DNA of 64,000 bases from Felis catus. Lineage: Eukaryota. Shown piece after piece: positions 29,841 through 43,423 of the stretch. The notes under the pieces were generated by a model, which saw nothing but the letters and a program-made list of their open reading frames with translations, did no database searches and had not been told where the DNA came from. Made by a program: the position numbers and the translations under genes. Location: NCBI RefSeq assembly GCF_018350175.1, contig NC_058369.1:11534001-11598000 (forward strand), in the 5' to 3' direction. Numbering within the stretch: the first letter of the stretch is position 1; each line of letters opens with the position of its first letter.

Positions 29841-31465
29841 TGTGAACTTTCAATAACCCAGGTTCAAATGCTCACTCTGCTGCCTACTAGCTGAAGCAAA
29901 GTGGCTTAATCTCTAGCCCTCATTTAGTCTATCTCTGAAATGGGAGAATAGTACCAACCTCACAGCATTGGTGTGAGAGTTAAATGAGGTGGTCCCAACT
30001 GCATAGGGCCATCCTTGCATGTGGAAAGCATTCAGTGAGTAGAGTTGTTTCTGCCCACCCATCCACCGGCCCCATCTTCCCCAGCAGAGGCTGAGCCCAC
30101 AGGATCCTCTCTTATGGCCGGAGTCCTGCTTCCTGTATGAATCTGGACTCCAAGCCATGTCTTATTTTTACATCTGGGGCACTTGTCCAAGCCAAGGCTT
30201 CCCTGCTGACCTTCCCCCCTCCGTCCCCAGCAGCCAGCTGGGCCTTAGGGCTGGGCCTTCAGCCAGCCTGGAACCATAGCCAAGTCACTGAAGCCAGGCA
30301 GGCTAGCCCCAGAATTGGTCAGACCCAGTTTGCCAAAGAGAAGCAGCAAGTTGTGGTGTGAGCCAGCGACCTCACGGCTTCCAGGCAGGGCGATTCCACA
30401 GTCCCTGGCCGGCAGAAGTCACTCTAGTTGCATCTTTCTAGGAGACTAGAGGTGAGATTTAATCTCTCAACACCTGGTCCTGGAACTGGAGAGGAGGGAG
30501 TTTTGTAACTGAGGACATGGGATGTTATAGCGACATCGTGAGCTCAGCCCTCGGCGGTATGCTAGAGGCCGAGAATGAATGTGGGGTAACCGGGGCCAGA
30601 TGTTGGTACATCCTAGGAGCACCTCCAGCTCCTAGCTGTCCTCCCTGCTTTGAGAGGATGACATGGGGCAAAGGGCTTTAAACATTATTTTCTAAACAGA
30701 AAATTTCAGAAGTAGAGACGATTACATCATGATTCCCCTTATGTATCCATCACCCAGCTGACACGTGTCAACTCATGAGCTATCTTATTTCTTCCATAAC
30801 TGCCACCCTCTGTCTCTCTTCTGTGATGTCCTCTGCCTTTGGTGATCATTGCCTGGACCCATTAATTCGTTAGCAGCTACAACAGAGTGACATTGGGATG
30901 ACTTACTCCTTCTTCACTTATTAGCTGGAATACATCTGGAAAGAGAAATGTCCTCTCATCTCCCATCTGGTTATCCAATTCACACGGAAAGACCAGATCA
31001 ATGCTTGATATCTTGCTTTCTCTGGGTTTCAAAGTAATTACTGGTCTCCTTATCATCATCCAAAGGTAAATAATGAGATTTCCCACTCCTCTCATATTTT
31101 TACAAATTTGTGGATTTAAACTATTGAAATGTGCCAATATATTGGGTTTTTTAAAATCATTACTGATAACCAAGTTATTATCCCCTCTTTGGCCAGTGGG
31201 AGCCTCTTCATTTTGACTCCCAAGTTCTTTTGACAGGCCTCTTTCTTGCTTTATGAGGTAGCAAGATAGTCCAGAAACATCTTGTAGATTTCCTGCCACA
31301 GGCCTGGGAATCAACCATTTTCCCAAAGAGGTCTTGTTCCTCTGATTGGAAAGTGGTATTTAGAGATTGCAGTCAAGGTGATGGGGGTGCTCATGGCTGC
31401 TGGGCTAGTTGTTTCTAGGATTTTTTGTTGGACAAAAATAGGAAATCCCTTACCACTTTTTAAAA

Positions 31466-31523
31466 TTGTCTTTTTAAAACATTTTTATTTATTTTGAGAG
31501 TGAGAGAGCATGAGTGGGGAAGG

Positions 31524-31569
<46 letters not shown>

Positions 31570-31690
31570 CCCAAGCAGGCTCTGCACTGTCAGCACGGAG
31601 CCTGATGTGGGGCTCGAACTCATGAACCGTGAGATCATGATCTGAGCTGAAGTTGAACACTCAACCAACTGAGCCACCCAGGAGTCCCCC
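31466..31690 (-). mobile_element. Can-SINE inserted in an old AT-rich L1-like tract (about 30690-32040)
   Basis: TSD taccactttttaaa. Confidence 0.88.
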
Positions 31691-32075
31691 TACCACTTTT
31701 TAAATAAGATACATCATGAATTTATGTTGATACCTCCAATTCCAATTCAAATTACATGGCTCTTACTTAAACTGATCAATCTTATACATGTATTTTTTCC
31801 CCCATACTGCAAATCCGAATTCTCAGTTTGCTTCATTCCACAATCACACACATCAATCTTAGAATAACACACCAACAATTCCAGAAACAATATGATTTTT
31901 GAAAACCAGTCTAAGACCTTCTCTTTCTGGTTTTTTTTGTCCTGTGGGCATATCCCACTGTGGGTGTGCTATCAAATTACTGTGCTGTAGTATCACTTGA
32001 AATTGTTTGTGTACATTTGTGCCACTAACCTGAAACTTTTGATTCTTAGGGAATTTTTCTTTTGAGGGCAGAAAG

Positions 32076-33307
32076 TTTTTTTTTTTTTCTTAATGTTTCA
32101 TTTATTTTTCAGAGAGAGAGTGAGAGAGTACCTGTGTGCACATGAGCAGGGGTGGGACAGAGAGAGAGGGGGACAGAGGATCCGAAGCAGCCTCTGTACT
32201 GACAGCAGCCAGCCCGTTGAGGGGCTCGAACTCACAAACGGTGAGATCATGGCCTGAGCTGAAGTTGATGCTTAACCAACTGAGCCACCCAGGTGCTGAT
32301 AACCGAGGGAGGAAATTTTTAATTTAAAACAGCCACAGCAATAAAAACAACACCTCATGATAAGATTATGCAGTTAGAAAGTATCTCAAATAACAGGATT
32401 CGTATTGTTGTAATTATTACTATTAATCTGTTAGATTATTGAACAATTTATCTCACTATTGCACCCTTCCATTTAAAAATGTCTCTGAATGGGGTGCCTG
32501 GGTGGCGCAGTCGGTTGAGCGTCCGACTTCAGCCAGGTCATGATCTCGCGGTCCGTGAGTTCGAGCCCCGCGTCGGGCTCTGGGCTGATGGCTCAGAGCC
32601 TGGAGCCTGTTTCCGATTCTGTGTCTCCCTCTCTCTCTGCCCCTCCCCCGTTCATGCTCTGTCTCTCTCTGTCCCAAAAATAAATAAACGTTGAAAAAAA
32701 AATTTAAAAATGTCTCTGAAACACTGTATTGCAACACATTCAATTAGAGCAACTGGGTCATACACATGAGGTAATGCCACATTGCTTTTTTTATTGTGGT
32801 AAAATCTACATAATAGAAATGTTATCATTTTAACCATTTAAAAAAAAATTTTTTTTTTTTTAAAAAGTTCATTTATTTATGTTGAGAGAGAGAGCATACG
32901 TGAGCAGGGGAGGGGCAGAGAGAGGGAAAGAGAATCCCAAACGGGCTCTACCCACAATGCAGAGCCTGATGTGGGGCTTGATCTCACAAATTGTGAGATC
33001 ATGACCTGAGCTCAAGAGTCAGATGCTTAACCCACTGAGCTGCTCAGGCACCCCTTAAGTCTAATGTTAATTAATTAATTAATTAATTAATTAAAAATTT
33101 TAAACATTTATTTATTATTTAGAGACAGAGAGACACAGAGTGTGAGCAGGGGATGGGCAGAGAGAGGGGGAGACACAGAATCGGAAGCAGGCTCCAGGCT
33201 CTGAGCCGTCAGCACAGAGCCCGACGCGGGGCCTGAACTCATGAACTGCGAGATCATGACCTGAGCCGAAGTCGGACGCTCCACCGACTGAGCCACCCAG
33301 GCGCCCC
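32076..33307. mobile_element. Cluster of four Can-SINEs: 32076-32296 (-), 32491-32705 (+, young SINEC_Fc), 32848-33054 (-), 33098-33307 (-)
   Basis: The plus copy has a perfect TSD aaaaatgtctctgaa (32475-32489 and 32706-32720); (TTAA)n lies at 33067-33094. Confidence 0.9.
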
Positions 33308-33480
33308 CTAGTATTATTTAAGATATTTACATGGTTCTAAAGTCAAATCTGCAGAACAAGGTATAAAGAAAAACATCCAGCTTCTATTCGTGGACCTTCC
33401 ATCATGTTCTTTCCCCCCTCCTCAGGTAACCATTTATAATTTTTTCATGGTCTGTTGTTCCATTTGTAAAACACCAGTGT

Positions 33481-33482
<2 letters not shown>

Positions 33483-33520
<38 letters not shown>
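33483..33520. repeat. (CA)n microsatellite
   Basis: Seen directly. Confidence 0.95.
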
Positions 33521-33522
<2 letters not shown>

Positions 33523-34544
33523 CTAGCTGTTTTCCCTCTTAACACTGTTGTTTCTGGAGATTTCTCCATGCCAGTATATATGGACACTCCTCATTCCTTT
33601 TCACAGCTGCACAGGACTCCATCCTGTGGCCGTGCCTTGGTTTATTCAGTCATTCCCTCTTGATGGACTTATGGGCTATTTCCAGTCTTCTGATATTTTA
33701 AGCCGTGCTGTTATGAAAAGCCCCGCTCATTCACCTTTTCTTAGTTTTGCAAGGGAATCGTTGGGATATATTCCTCTAAGTGGAGAAATGCACATATAAC
33801 TTTGCCAGATATTACCAATTTCTCCTCCCCAGGGCTTATATCTCTTTCATTTGAGCTGGTGGACTCCTCTACATTCTTCAAAACCTAGCTCCAATATCTC
33901 CGTTACCATGAGGCCTTCCTTTGTCCTCCAGCTCTCTCCTCTTGGCTTTCCTAGCCCCGGGCTCCTTCCTCTGGCTCAGCCCTGACACTGAGAGGTTGGG
34001 AGTGTCTGTGTCCAGCTTGGCACTCTCTAGAACTGGGAGCTTCTTGAGTGCTGGCTCCAGGACTGAGTCTTCTTAGGGCATTCACACAGGACCGGTGACA
34101 GACTGGTGACTCCCGCACAGAGAGGTGACAGTAACAGGTTTTCTGTCTGAATGAAGGATAGCCCTCATAGCCCTCCGCCTCCCTTGCTGGTTTCTCCTGG
34201 GCCAGGGGAAAAGAACCAGGTCAAGCTGGCCAGTATCCTTGGTTGTGCCGCCTGCCTTTTCACTGAGTCACCTGCGCCCAAGGGTGGTAAACTCAGCGTG
34301 GGTGCCTGTCACCTGTGGCTCCCAGGCAGAGGAGTAGAACCTCCTTGGGGTCAGGGAGACCCCCTATCCAATTCAGTCTTCCCCACTCCCTGAGTGGGGC
34401 ACCTCCCCTCTCCGTGCCTTGATTTCTCCATCTGTAAAATGACAACAATAGTGTGTCGACCTCCTGGCCTTAGCACAGGAATCAGTGATATAAAACCATA
34501 TGCAAAATCACTGCCCACCATTTACTTATCGGCTATTTACTGAC

Positions 34545-35356
34545 TGTTGAGGTGAAATTCATGGAACATAAAATTAATCATTTTAAAGAGAGTAGATAGT
34601 TCAGTGGTATTCAGTCCCTCTACAGGGTTGTGCAACCATCACCTCTGTCTAGTTCCAGAACACTTCCATCACCCCAGACGGAAACTCCGTACTGATTAAG
34701 TAATCACTCCCGGCCCCCCACCCCTCCCCTCCGCCCCTGGCCACCACTAGTCTGCTGTTTGTCTCTAAGAATTCCCTTCACATAAATGGGATCATACACT
34801 GTGTGGCCCGTGGTGACTGGCTTCCTTCAGTCAGCATAAGGCTTTTGAAGTTTGTCCACATCGTAGTGTGTCAGGGTTTTGTTCCTTTCTACAGCTGAGT
34901 AACATCCCGTTGTGTGTATATATGGCATTTTGTCTACCCATTCATAATTTCATGGACATTTGGGGTGTTTCCACATTTGGCTTTGTAAGCGGTGCTTACA
35001 AAGGCATGTACATGTACTCGTTTGAATACTGTTTTCTTTTTTATTTATTTATTTTGAGAGACAGAGACAGAGAGAGAGAACATGAGTGGGGGTGGGGGAG
35101 GGGCAGAGAAAGAGGGAGAGAGAAAGAATCCCAAGCAGTCTCCTCATTGTCAGTGTGGGGCCCGATGCGGGGCTCGAACTCACCAAGGGTGAGATCATGC
35201 CCTGAGCCGCGATCAAGAGTTGGATGCTGAACCGACTGAGCCACCCAGGTGCCCCCTGAGTACTGTTTTCAATTATTTGGGGTCTATGCCTAGGAGTGGG
35301 CTTTCTGAGTCATAGGGTAACTCTACGTCCAACTTTTTGAGGGGCCACCAAACACT
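34545..35356 (-). mobile_element. L1MB-like 3' fragment with inserted Can-SINE (35035-35256)
   Basis: ttgaggtgaaattca...ttgtgcaaccatcacc..ctagttccagaac; SINE TSD ga(a/g)tactgttttc. Confidence 0.8.
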
Positions 35357-36866
35357 TTATATCTCGGTTGCCTCACAAAGCCAGTGAAGAGAGAATTCTA
35401 AGCGGAGAATTCTAAGTCCCCATTTTGCAGCCAAGGAAACTGAGAGGTGGGAGAGGTGGCCCCACACCATCCTGAGGCTAAGGACCATCCTGATAACCCC
35501 TGTCTGCTTCGTGACCACTGGGTGCCAGACTTTGCTTCTGGGCACCAGAAGGGGATCCTAGGATCAGGCTCTGCATCGTCCCTCGTTTCTGGAATCTGAC
35601 AGATCTGGATTTAACTCTCATCTTGGGCAAGTTGCTTCCTTCCTCTGAGCCTCTCTCTCTCTCTCAATGATCATAACCCAAGTCCTTCCCTTATTGTGGA
35701 GAATCAGTGTGGTAATGTAGGCACAGGATGGACCCTATATCATGCTTTTGATTTATGGTGGATCAAACCAACAAAAAAGTGATCTAATGAGGCTTGGCGG
35801 GGGCGGGGGAGGGGTGAAGTAACTTGGCAAAAGTCCCACAGCAGTTGGTGACTGGATCCGCGATGCAAGCATTTTTGAGAGGCTTCCTGAAGCTTAACGC
35901 TTCTCAAAGCTAGTGAGGAGAGATTCCTGGGGAGGTCCTCTGGGGTGGGAGGCAGCTTGCAGCTCTGTTGCTTTGCTCTTTGGGGGGGCTGAACTGCAAC
36001 CACACAGAATCTTGCTGAATCAGCCTGGGGAAACCTGTGGTCATGAGCCACAACTGGTTCCCTGGTGGAAGTCACCTTGGCCCCAACCCACTCACTCCTC
36101 CGGTCTGTTCTACAGTTCACACCAGCACAGGGGGAGGGGAGGGTGACTTCCGGTGCCCCAGGCAGGCCTGGGCCAGGCATTTCCTTGCTTCCAGGAATTG
36201 GCTCCAAGTGGTCCCTCTGTTATGGGGCACGCTTCTCCCTTCTTTCTCATTTCCGTGGTGCATACACTAGGACTTTCAGGATCTGGCTTCTACTAACCCC
36301 TCTGACCTCCTTTCCCAGTGAGTTCCTTGCTGCAGCCCACTGGCCTCTGGCTCCTGGAGGATGCTACCCTCATTCAGCCCCAGGGCCTTTGCACTTGCGG
36401 CTCACTTCGCTTACAATGCTCCAATTCGTCTTCCTATCAGTCAGGGATCACACAAACACCACTTCCTCCTAGAAGCCTAGCCCTAACCACCCTCTTTAAA
36501 CTAGATTCCCAGTCCCTCCTTGTGAGCTCATTCCATTCACCATGATCCTTACCTGATATTATCTTATTCATTTGTTGATTTATTGTTGCCTCCCCCACCC
36601 CCCCACCCCGGGATGGAAACTCCAGGAGGGCAGAAGCCTCTCTTACTCAGTGCTGCGTCCCCAGGGCTGAGATCAGCGCCTGGCACATAGCATTCAGGTG
36701 TTCAGTAAGTGTCAGCCAACCTATTGACCATTGGGTTTCTTATTAGAAAGAAATTTTCTTTCCTCCTACACTGGATCACGAGGATGAATACCTGTTTATG
36801 TTCAGCATCCAAGTCCTGGGAAGCTCCCCAAATGGGCCACAGGAGTTAAAAAAATCCTGACTCTAT

Positions 36867-37077
36867 GGGGCACCTGGGTGGTTCAGTCGGTTAAGCGCCC
36901 AACTTTACTCAGGTCGTGATCTCACGGTTCTTGGGTTCGAGCCCTGAGTCAGGCTTTGTGCTGACAGCTCAGAGCCTGGAGCCTACTTCAGATTCTGTGT
37001 CTCCCTCTCTCTGCCCCTCACCGGCTCACGTTCTCTCCCTCTCTCTCAAAAGTAAATAAATATTAAAAAAAAAATTT
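36867..37077 (+). mobile_element. Can-SINE inserted in a MIR
   Basis: TSD aaatcctgactct. Confidence 0.9.
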
Positions 37078-38544
37078 AAATCCTGACTCTGTTCCCATTA
37101 GGCTGTGTGACTTTGGGCAAGTTACTGCCTCTCTCTGGGATTCCAATTTGTAAAAACAAAGTTCTTAACCTCCCTTTCCCCCTCAAAATCTGGTAAAAGC
37201 TATGGCTCCAGGTGTCTCCTGAAAAGACGAACTCATGCTTTTGCACATGATTTTAAGGGATTTAACGAGCCCCCAAAGTCCAACGCTGGACTCCCTTGGG
37301 AAGCTTGGGAAGGGGGCATAGAAAGGCTCCTGGAAGAGGGGGCTATTGCGACTGGGTTTTGAGGGATAAATAGGATTTGGTCTGGCAGGAAAGGGCATTC
37401 CAGCAGAGGAAACAGCTTTCGGGCATTTGAGGGAGGGAGGAGAAATAATCACCCACGTTTACACAACCTTTGCCACTCAGTCCCTCCAGGGCGGCTGTGC
37501 CCGGCCAGAGCCACAGGCTACTTCCCTTCCCCCCCCCCCCACCCCCCCCTCCTCCGGGCTCCTCCTGCCGCTCTCGCGCCCCCTTTGGTCGGAGCGTTAT
37601 ATTGCAGCCAGAGGGAGCCGGTTGGAAATCTCAAGTAGGGAGGGCCGCCTAAGTCAGCATCCTGCTGGGCTCAGAGCCCTGCGCGGCACCACCTTTCCTG
37701 GAGGAAAACCCGAAGTCCTCCCAGTGGCCCATCAGGTCCAGCACGATCTGTCCTGCCACCTCCCAGCCCTCGTCTGCTCCCACTCTCGCCCTTGCTGTCT
37801 CTGCTCCAGCCTCACTGGGCTCTTGGCTGTTTCTTCAGGCACAGTGAGCCTCAGGATCTTTGCACAAGTTGTGCCCTCTGCCTGGAACACTCCACCTCCA
37901 GTGAAACCCTTCTCTCCCTTCCCGTCTCTGCTCAAATAGCACCTCAGAAAGGCCTTCCTCATCTCCTTACCTTGCTGGATTTTCCTCCATAGCACATGTC
38001 ACATAGAATAACCTTTTTGCTTCTGTATTTCTGGTTATGCTTTCTTTAATCTCCAGAAAGCAGGGATGTGCATTGTAAAACAACGCCTGGTCCTCCCTGG
38101 GTACTTGGTGTTTGTTGAATGAGTAGGTGCTATGTGTCCCCTGGGGCTGGGGAAAAGGGAGGAAATTTGAAAGACCCTGTCTACCTGCCTAGAGCTCACA
38201 GCTAAAGGAACCATTCCAAGAGTGATTTGATTGTGACTGAGGACTCCCAGGGGCTGTGGCTGCATCCAGTGTGGGCTTAAACTGAACCCAGAAGTTAGGG
38301 AAGCCCTCAGAGAAAATGGACTTTGAGCTGACACCTGAAAGATAAGTAGGAGTTAGCTGAGCAGGTGAGAGGGAATAGAATTCCAAGCAGAGGGAAATTC
38401 CAAGCATGTGCAGCAAGCAAAGCCTTTGAGGGGAAAGATAACCTTGACGGGTTTGGCAAAATGGTTCAAGTGGCAGTGAGCAAGAGTGTGGTGAGTGATG
38501 AATTGGAAGGAGTTGTTTGCTCCACCATTCACCCCACACCCTGG

Positions 38545-38990
38545 AACTGCTCTGGTCTTTGTTTCAAGTCTCTGAATTACCTTTTGCCTTGTCTCCACCC
38601 TTCTGCCCCCTATTTTGTATCCTGGGAGGCTGGCTTGTATGAATCACTCAACCCTTGCCTTATGGCTTCTGGTTGGGTTCCGCCAATAGGGAGCCACAGC
38701 AGGCATTGGAGGGAGGGAGGAGACTGAGGTCCGGGTATTAATATCTGATCTCCTCTCCTGTGTGGTCCACGCAGGCTGGCTGTGTCCCTCAACCAACAAC
38801 TCCTGCCAGGTAGTCCTCTCTCTGCACATAGCCGTATCAAGTCCAGGTTCCAGCAACTGCTTTTGCCCGATAGCCCCCGCACCTCTGGGGTGGTAAAGGT
38901 TCCTGGCTGAGCTGTCTTTTTGAAATAGTACTTTTGTTACTCTCTTTCCAAATTACCCCATTTGAGTGTTCTGTTTCCTGCTGGAACTCT
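38545..38990. mobile_element. LTR33-like (ERVL) solo LTR
   Basis: cctgggaggctg...ccttg..tggcttctggttgggtt..gccaat.ggga...ggagggagggaggaga.tgaggt, ending tgtttcctgctggaac. Confidence 0.6.
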
Positions 38991-38994
38991 CTCT

Positions 38995-39610
38995 TATTTT
39001 ATTGGGGTGAAATTCACGTAATATAAAGTTAACCATCTTAAAGTATATAATTGGGTGGCATTGGCACATTCACAAATATTGCTCAAACATCACTTTTGCC
39101 CAGTGGCAAAAATTTTCCATCGCCCCAAGAGGAGACCCTGTACTCATTCTCCTTGGATACGGCCTCACTCCTCACAGCCCGCCCCCCCCCCCACCCCGGC
39201 CATCCCTAATGTACTCACCATCTCTATGGATTTACTGATTCTGGAAATTTCATAGAAACGGAATCATCCAATGTGTGACCTTTTGTGTCTGGTTTCTTTC
39301 ACTCCATCACATCACTGTGATGTTTTGGAGTTTCATCCGTGGTGTAGTAGGTCTCAAGGCTTCATTCCTTTTTATGACTGAGTAATGCTCCCCCGCACGG
39401 ACGGGCCCCATTTCCTCAGCCCCTCATCCGTTGATGGACGCTGGGTTGTTTCCACCTTTGTGGGCATGCGTGTACGGGTGAACATGCAGGGACATTGAGT
39501 CCCTGTTTTCGATTCTTTCGGTTACATACTTAAGGAACTGAGTTTCTGGCTCATATGGTAATTCCATTTTTAGCTTTTCGAGGCACGGACTGATTTTTCA
39601 TAGCGGCTGC
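38995..39610 (-). mobile_element. L1MB-like 3' fragment
   Basis: ggtgaaattcacgtaatataaagttaacc...gttgatggac..gggttgtttccaccttt. Confidence 0.8.
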
Positions 39611-40145
39611 TTTCCCGGAAGTCTGCCGTGAGCTTCTGGATGCCCAGGAAACTCCCTTCCCCTCACTCCCTCCATGTTCCTCCTTGGTCCACTTGCACAC
39701 ACTTTTCTGGTACCGTCTCCCTAATCTGGCCGCCGCCCCCGTGTCCTCTCCTCCCACTTGGGTTGCTGTTTGTTGATTGCTGCCAGGCTGAGGATTCTGG
39801 CGCCTGGGAACCGCAGAGCCCTGTCCCTTCCTAGGGCCTGGGCCCTTTGACCTCTGGGCACAGGCCAAGGGGATTGTTCCTATCACCACGCTTCCTCAAC
39901 CTCCCAGAGGTGGCTCATCTCCTGCAGCTCCGTGCTTCTGCCTATCCTGTCTCTAAACGTAGCTGTGATTGGTGCTTCTGTCTCCCCATTCTCTTCTCTG
40001 TCCACCTCCTCCCGAGGGACCTCACTGACCCGCCCCCTCCCCCCCCCCAGGCATCCAAGTCTTCCCAAGACAGCTGACTCAGTCAGAGGTGCACTTCTCA
40101 GGATGGGCTCAGCCGCCTCCTGCCTCCCGGTGCCTCTCCTTGGCA

Positions 40146-40362
40146 GACAGGATTTCTCAGCTTCAGCACTGCTGACATCTGGGGCCAGATCATTCCCTGG
40201 GGGTGGGGGGTGGGGCCGTCCTGTGCCTTTAGCAGCATCTCTGGCCTCTGCCCACTAGCTCCTCCCCCTCCACAGCCTGACAACAAAAAGTATCTCTGGA
40301 CATTGCCAAACGTCCCCGGTGGGGGGCGGGGGGGACAATCTGCCTCAGTTGAGAAGGGCTGG
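40146..40362. mobile_element. MER20 hAT DNA transposon
   Basis: tttctcagcttcagcactgctgacat..tggggccagatc...tttagcagcatc.ctggcctct.cccactag...gacattgccaaa.gtcccc...gttgagaa. Confidence 0.8.
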
Positions 40363-41514
40363 GATAGCCCAAATCAAAGCACAAACTCGAAGTGCGGTTA
40401 GTTGTCTAGCCCGTGCTCTGTGCCAGGCATGGGGCTGAGGACCCTGTAAACACCACTTCATTTCGTGGTCATCTCCTTCATTTTATCTGTACAGGGATAG
40501 AGGCTTCCGGTGGCCACGTGACTTGCCCAGGGTAACACGGCCAGGGAGCCTACTGTGGTCAGTGCCTCCTCATTCCCAGGCCCTTCAACTTGCTTCTCCT
40601 TCCTTGTCCCCATCTCTCTGAGGGCAGGGAAGCTGGGCTGACACCCTCTCCTCTCCTCCTCTCCTCCACTGTTGCCCGGAACCTCACATCCAGCCTGTCA
40701 CCAATGCAGACGTTCCCCACATCCTTAAAAAATCCACATTGCCCCCCAAATCAATAAACTCCAGTGTTCCTTAAAACAAACCCATTAAAGGGGGCTCTTC
40801 TCCCGCTCAGGCACCACCCATGGCTCCCCATTGCCCACCAGATCAACACTCAGCCACTTGGACTGGCTTTCAAGGCCCTTCCCATCCATGCCTGCCCTCC
40901 TTCTCACCTCTCACATCCCAAGGCCAGAGAAAGCCACCTGCCCAGCCACACCCTTGGGTTTCTCTGTGCCCAAGCCCCACCCCCTCTCCTGCACCTGTTG
41001 AAATCCAACCTCTCCCTGAAGTCCCAGCTCAGATGTCACATCCTTCACGTAGCCTTCCCTTCTGCCTCCGTCCAAGCAGCAAAGCTTCAATTCTTTGTAT
41101 TGTCTCTTCTTCACTTAGAAACACCGCCCCCTCTCACCCTTACAGAGGGCCCAGCGCCTAATGAGAGAACACTACTGAACCGAAGAGGGTTAAAGACTTC
41201 AGCCAAGTTTACCACCTGCCGGGATAAGGGGGCCTCTTACACTGGCTTTAAAATTCCCTCCTTCAAGTTTTCAAGTTTCGAGCCCTCTGTGTCTGGTTTT
41301 CTGAGATTTAGGAGAGATTGGTGTGCTAGTATTTCCCAAAGTTGCATTTAGGAATCTTCCATTTTTGTCTTAATCCACCAGACAGATGGCTTCTGATGTT
41401 GAAATTTGTCACTCAATCATATGACACCACTTTTGTTCCATCTACCTATTACTTTTCTTTTCTTTTTTTTTTATTACTTAATACTTTTCTTTCAGTGGTC
41501 TTGCTTTCGAGCCT

Positions 41515-41638
41515 TTTTTCTTTTTTCTTTAAGTTTTTTATTTATTTACATAATCTCTACACCCCATGTGGGGCTCGAACTCACCGCCTCAAGATCAAGA
41601 GCCGCATGCTCTTCTGACTGAGCTGGCCAGGGGCCCCT
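41515..41638 (-). mobile_element. Short Can-SINE variant
   Basis: aatctctacacc..tgtggggctcgaactcac..aagatcaagag..gcatgctc..gactgagc. Confidence 0.8.
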
Positions 41639-42263
41639 AAGCCTTATTTATTCTAAAGCAAAATGTGTACAATGATCATTATATCCACAAGGCTGTAGAT
41701 TTGATGTCCAGGGTGAGTCTATTTTTTTCTTCTTCTACGAGTCAAAACAAATCTCTCATTTAACATAAATATATCAAATAGAAAATGAATAGACCCAACT
41801 TCTCCATGTGCTATCTAAAATTACTAAGATACTTTGTATCATGCTTTGGACACTTGTATCAGACTTTGGGAATGAGCCAGAGTATCTTCCGTGTGGTTCA
41901 GACTTGTGAAAATTCATGTATTGATTCACTCACTCGTTCATTCTTTTCTTCCCCAGCTTTATGAAGGTAGAATTGACAAAGACAAATTTGAGGGGCACAA
42001 CGTGACTCAACATTTATCCTTGTTTTTCAGGTTTCAGCCGGCCACCTGACACCCAGGTCAAATAGCAGCAGCCCTCTCGGCCCCGTTGCAAAAACCTGTT
42101 ACATGCCTTCCCTGGTAAAAATTTCCTGCTGGATATGTTTTCTTTATTTTCTGTTTTCTCCACTTCAGCTTCAGATCCACAACGACAAGGATTTGGGCTG
42201 TTTTTATTCTCTGCCATATTCCCAGCCCCTAGAACCACACTTGCATCTTTCAACAGCAGGTCC

Positions 42264-42488
42264 GGGGGCGCCTGGGTGGCTCAGTCGATTGGGTGTCTGA
42301 CTTCGGCTCAGGTCACGATCTCACAGTTGGTGAGTTCGAGCCCCGCGTCAGGCTCTGTGCTGACAGCTTGGAGCCTGGAGCCTGCTTCGGATTCTGTGTC
42401 TCCCTCTCTCTCTGCCCTTCCCCCATTCACGCTCTGTCTCTATGTGTCTCTCAAAAATGAATAAACATTAAAAAACAAAGAACAAAAA
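42264..42488 (+). mobile_element. Can-SINE
   Basis: TSD aacagcaggtccg. Confidence 0.92.
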
Positions 42489-42817
42489 ACAGCAGGTCCG
42501 ACCCGCTACACGGATGTATTCCAAGCGCCACCCAGCCCGGCACCAGCTGATCCTGGGGACTCACCCTCAAGGAGACCCTGGTCTCGGGGGGAGTCAAAGC
42601 CAGCTAAAGCAGGACTTGCCTGATTGAAGGTTGCTTGTGGATCGGGCAGGGAAGCCACAGCTTTCTCTGAACTAGGGCATGCTGAACATGGAATTGGTGG
42701 TCAGGATTTGCTGGTGAGGAAGAAGGCTGGAAACTCCATGGTGGCTAATAACGGCAGTCAGCACTTACCTAGCACTTACTGTGTGCTAGAATTCAGAAGT
42801 GCTCCCTACACCTTGAA

Positions 42818-43423
42818 GCAGGGTTTCTCAACCTCACCACTATTGACATTAGGGCTGGATCATTCTGTCTGTCTGTCTCTCTCTCTGTTTTTAAAAAAAT
42901 TTTTTTTTCAACGTTTATTTATTTTTGGGACAGAGAGAGACAGAGCATGAACGGGGGACGGGCAGAGAGAGAGGGAGACACAGAATCGGAAACAGGCTCC
43001 AGGCTCCGAGCCATCAGCCCAGAGCCTGATGCGGGGCTCGAACTCACGGACCGCGAGATCGTGACCTGGCTGAAGTCGGACGCTTAACCGATTGCGCCAC
43101 CCAGGCACCCCTCTCTCTGTTTTTAAATAGGCTTCATACCCAGTGCGGAGTCTGACGCGGGGCTTGAACTCACAATCCTGAGGCCAATACCTGAGCTGAG
43201 ATTGAGAGTCAGATGCTCACCCGACTGAGCCACCTAGGTGCCCCAAGATCATTCTCTTTGGCGAGGGGCCATCCTGTGTGCGCATTGTAAGGTGTTTATC
43301 AGCATTCCTGGCCTCTACCCACTAGAGGCCAGTGGTACCCCAGCATCCAGCTGTGATGGCCAAAGTGTCTTCAGACATTGTCAGATTGTCTCTTGAGGGA
43401 CAGGATTGCCTTGGGTGACAACT
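42818..43423. mobile_element. MER20 interrupted by two minus-strand SINEs (young SINEC_Fc 42896-43111; short SINE 43120-43244)
   Basis: cagggtttctcaacctc.ccactattgacatt resumes after the SINEs (gatcattct duplicated); young SINE TSD ctctctctgtttttaaa. Confidence 0.78.

Noticed and set aside
39551..40130. Possible processed pseudogene or novel gene in unique intergenic DNA
   Set aside because: The ORFs resemble no protein I recognise, run into L1 sequence, and have no poly(A) tail or TSD.
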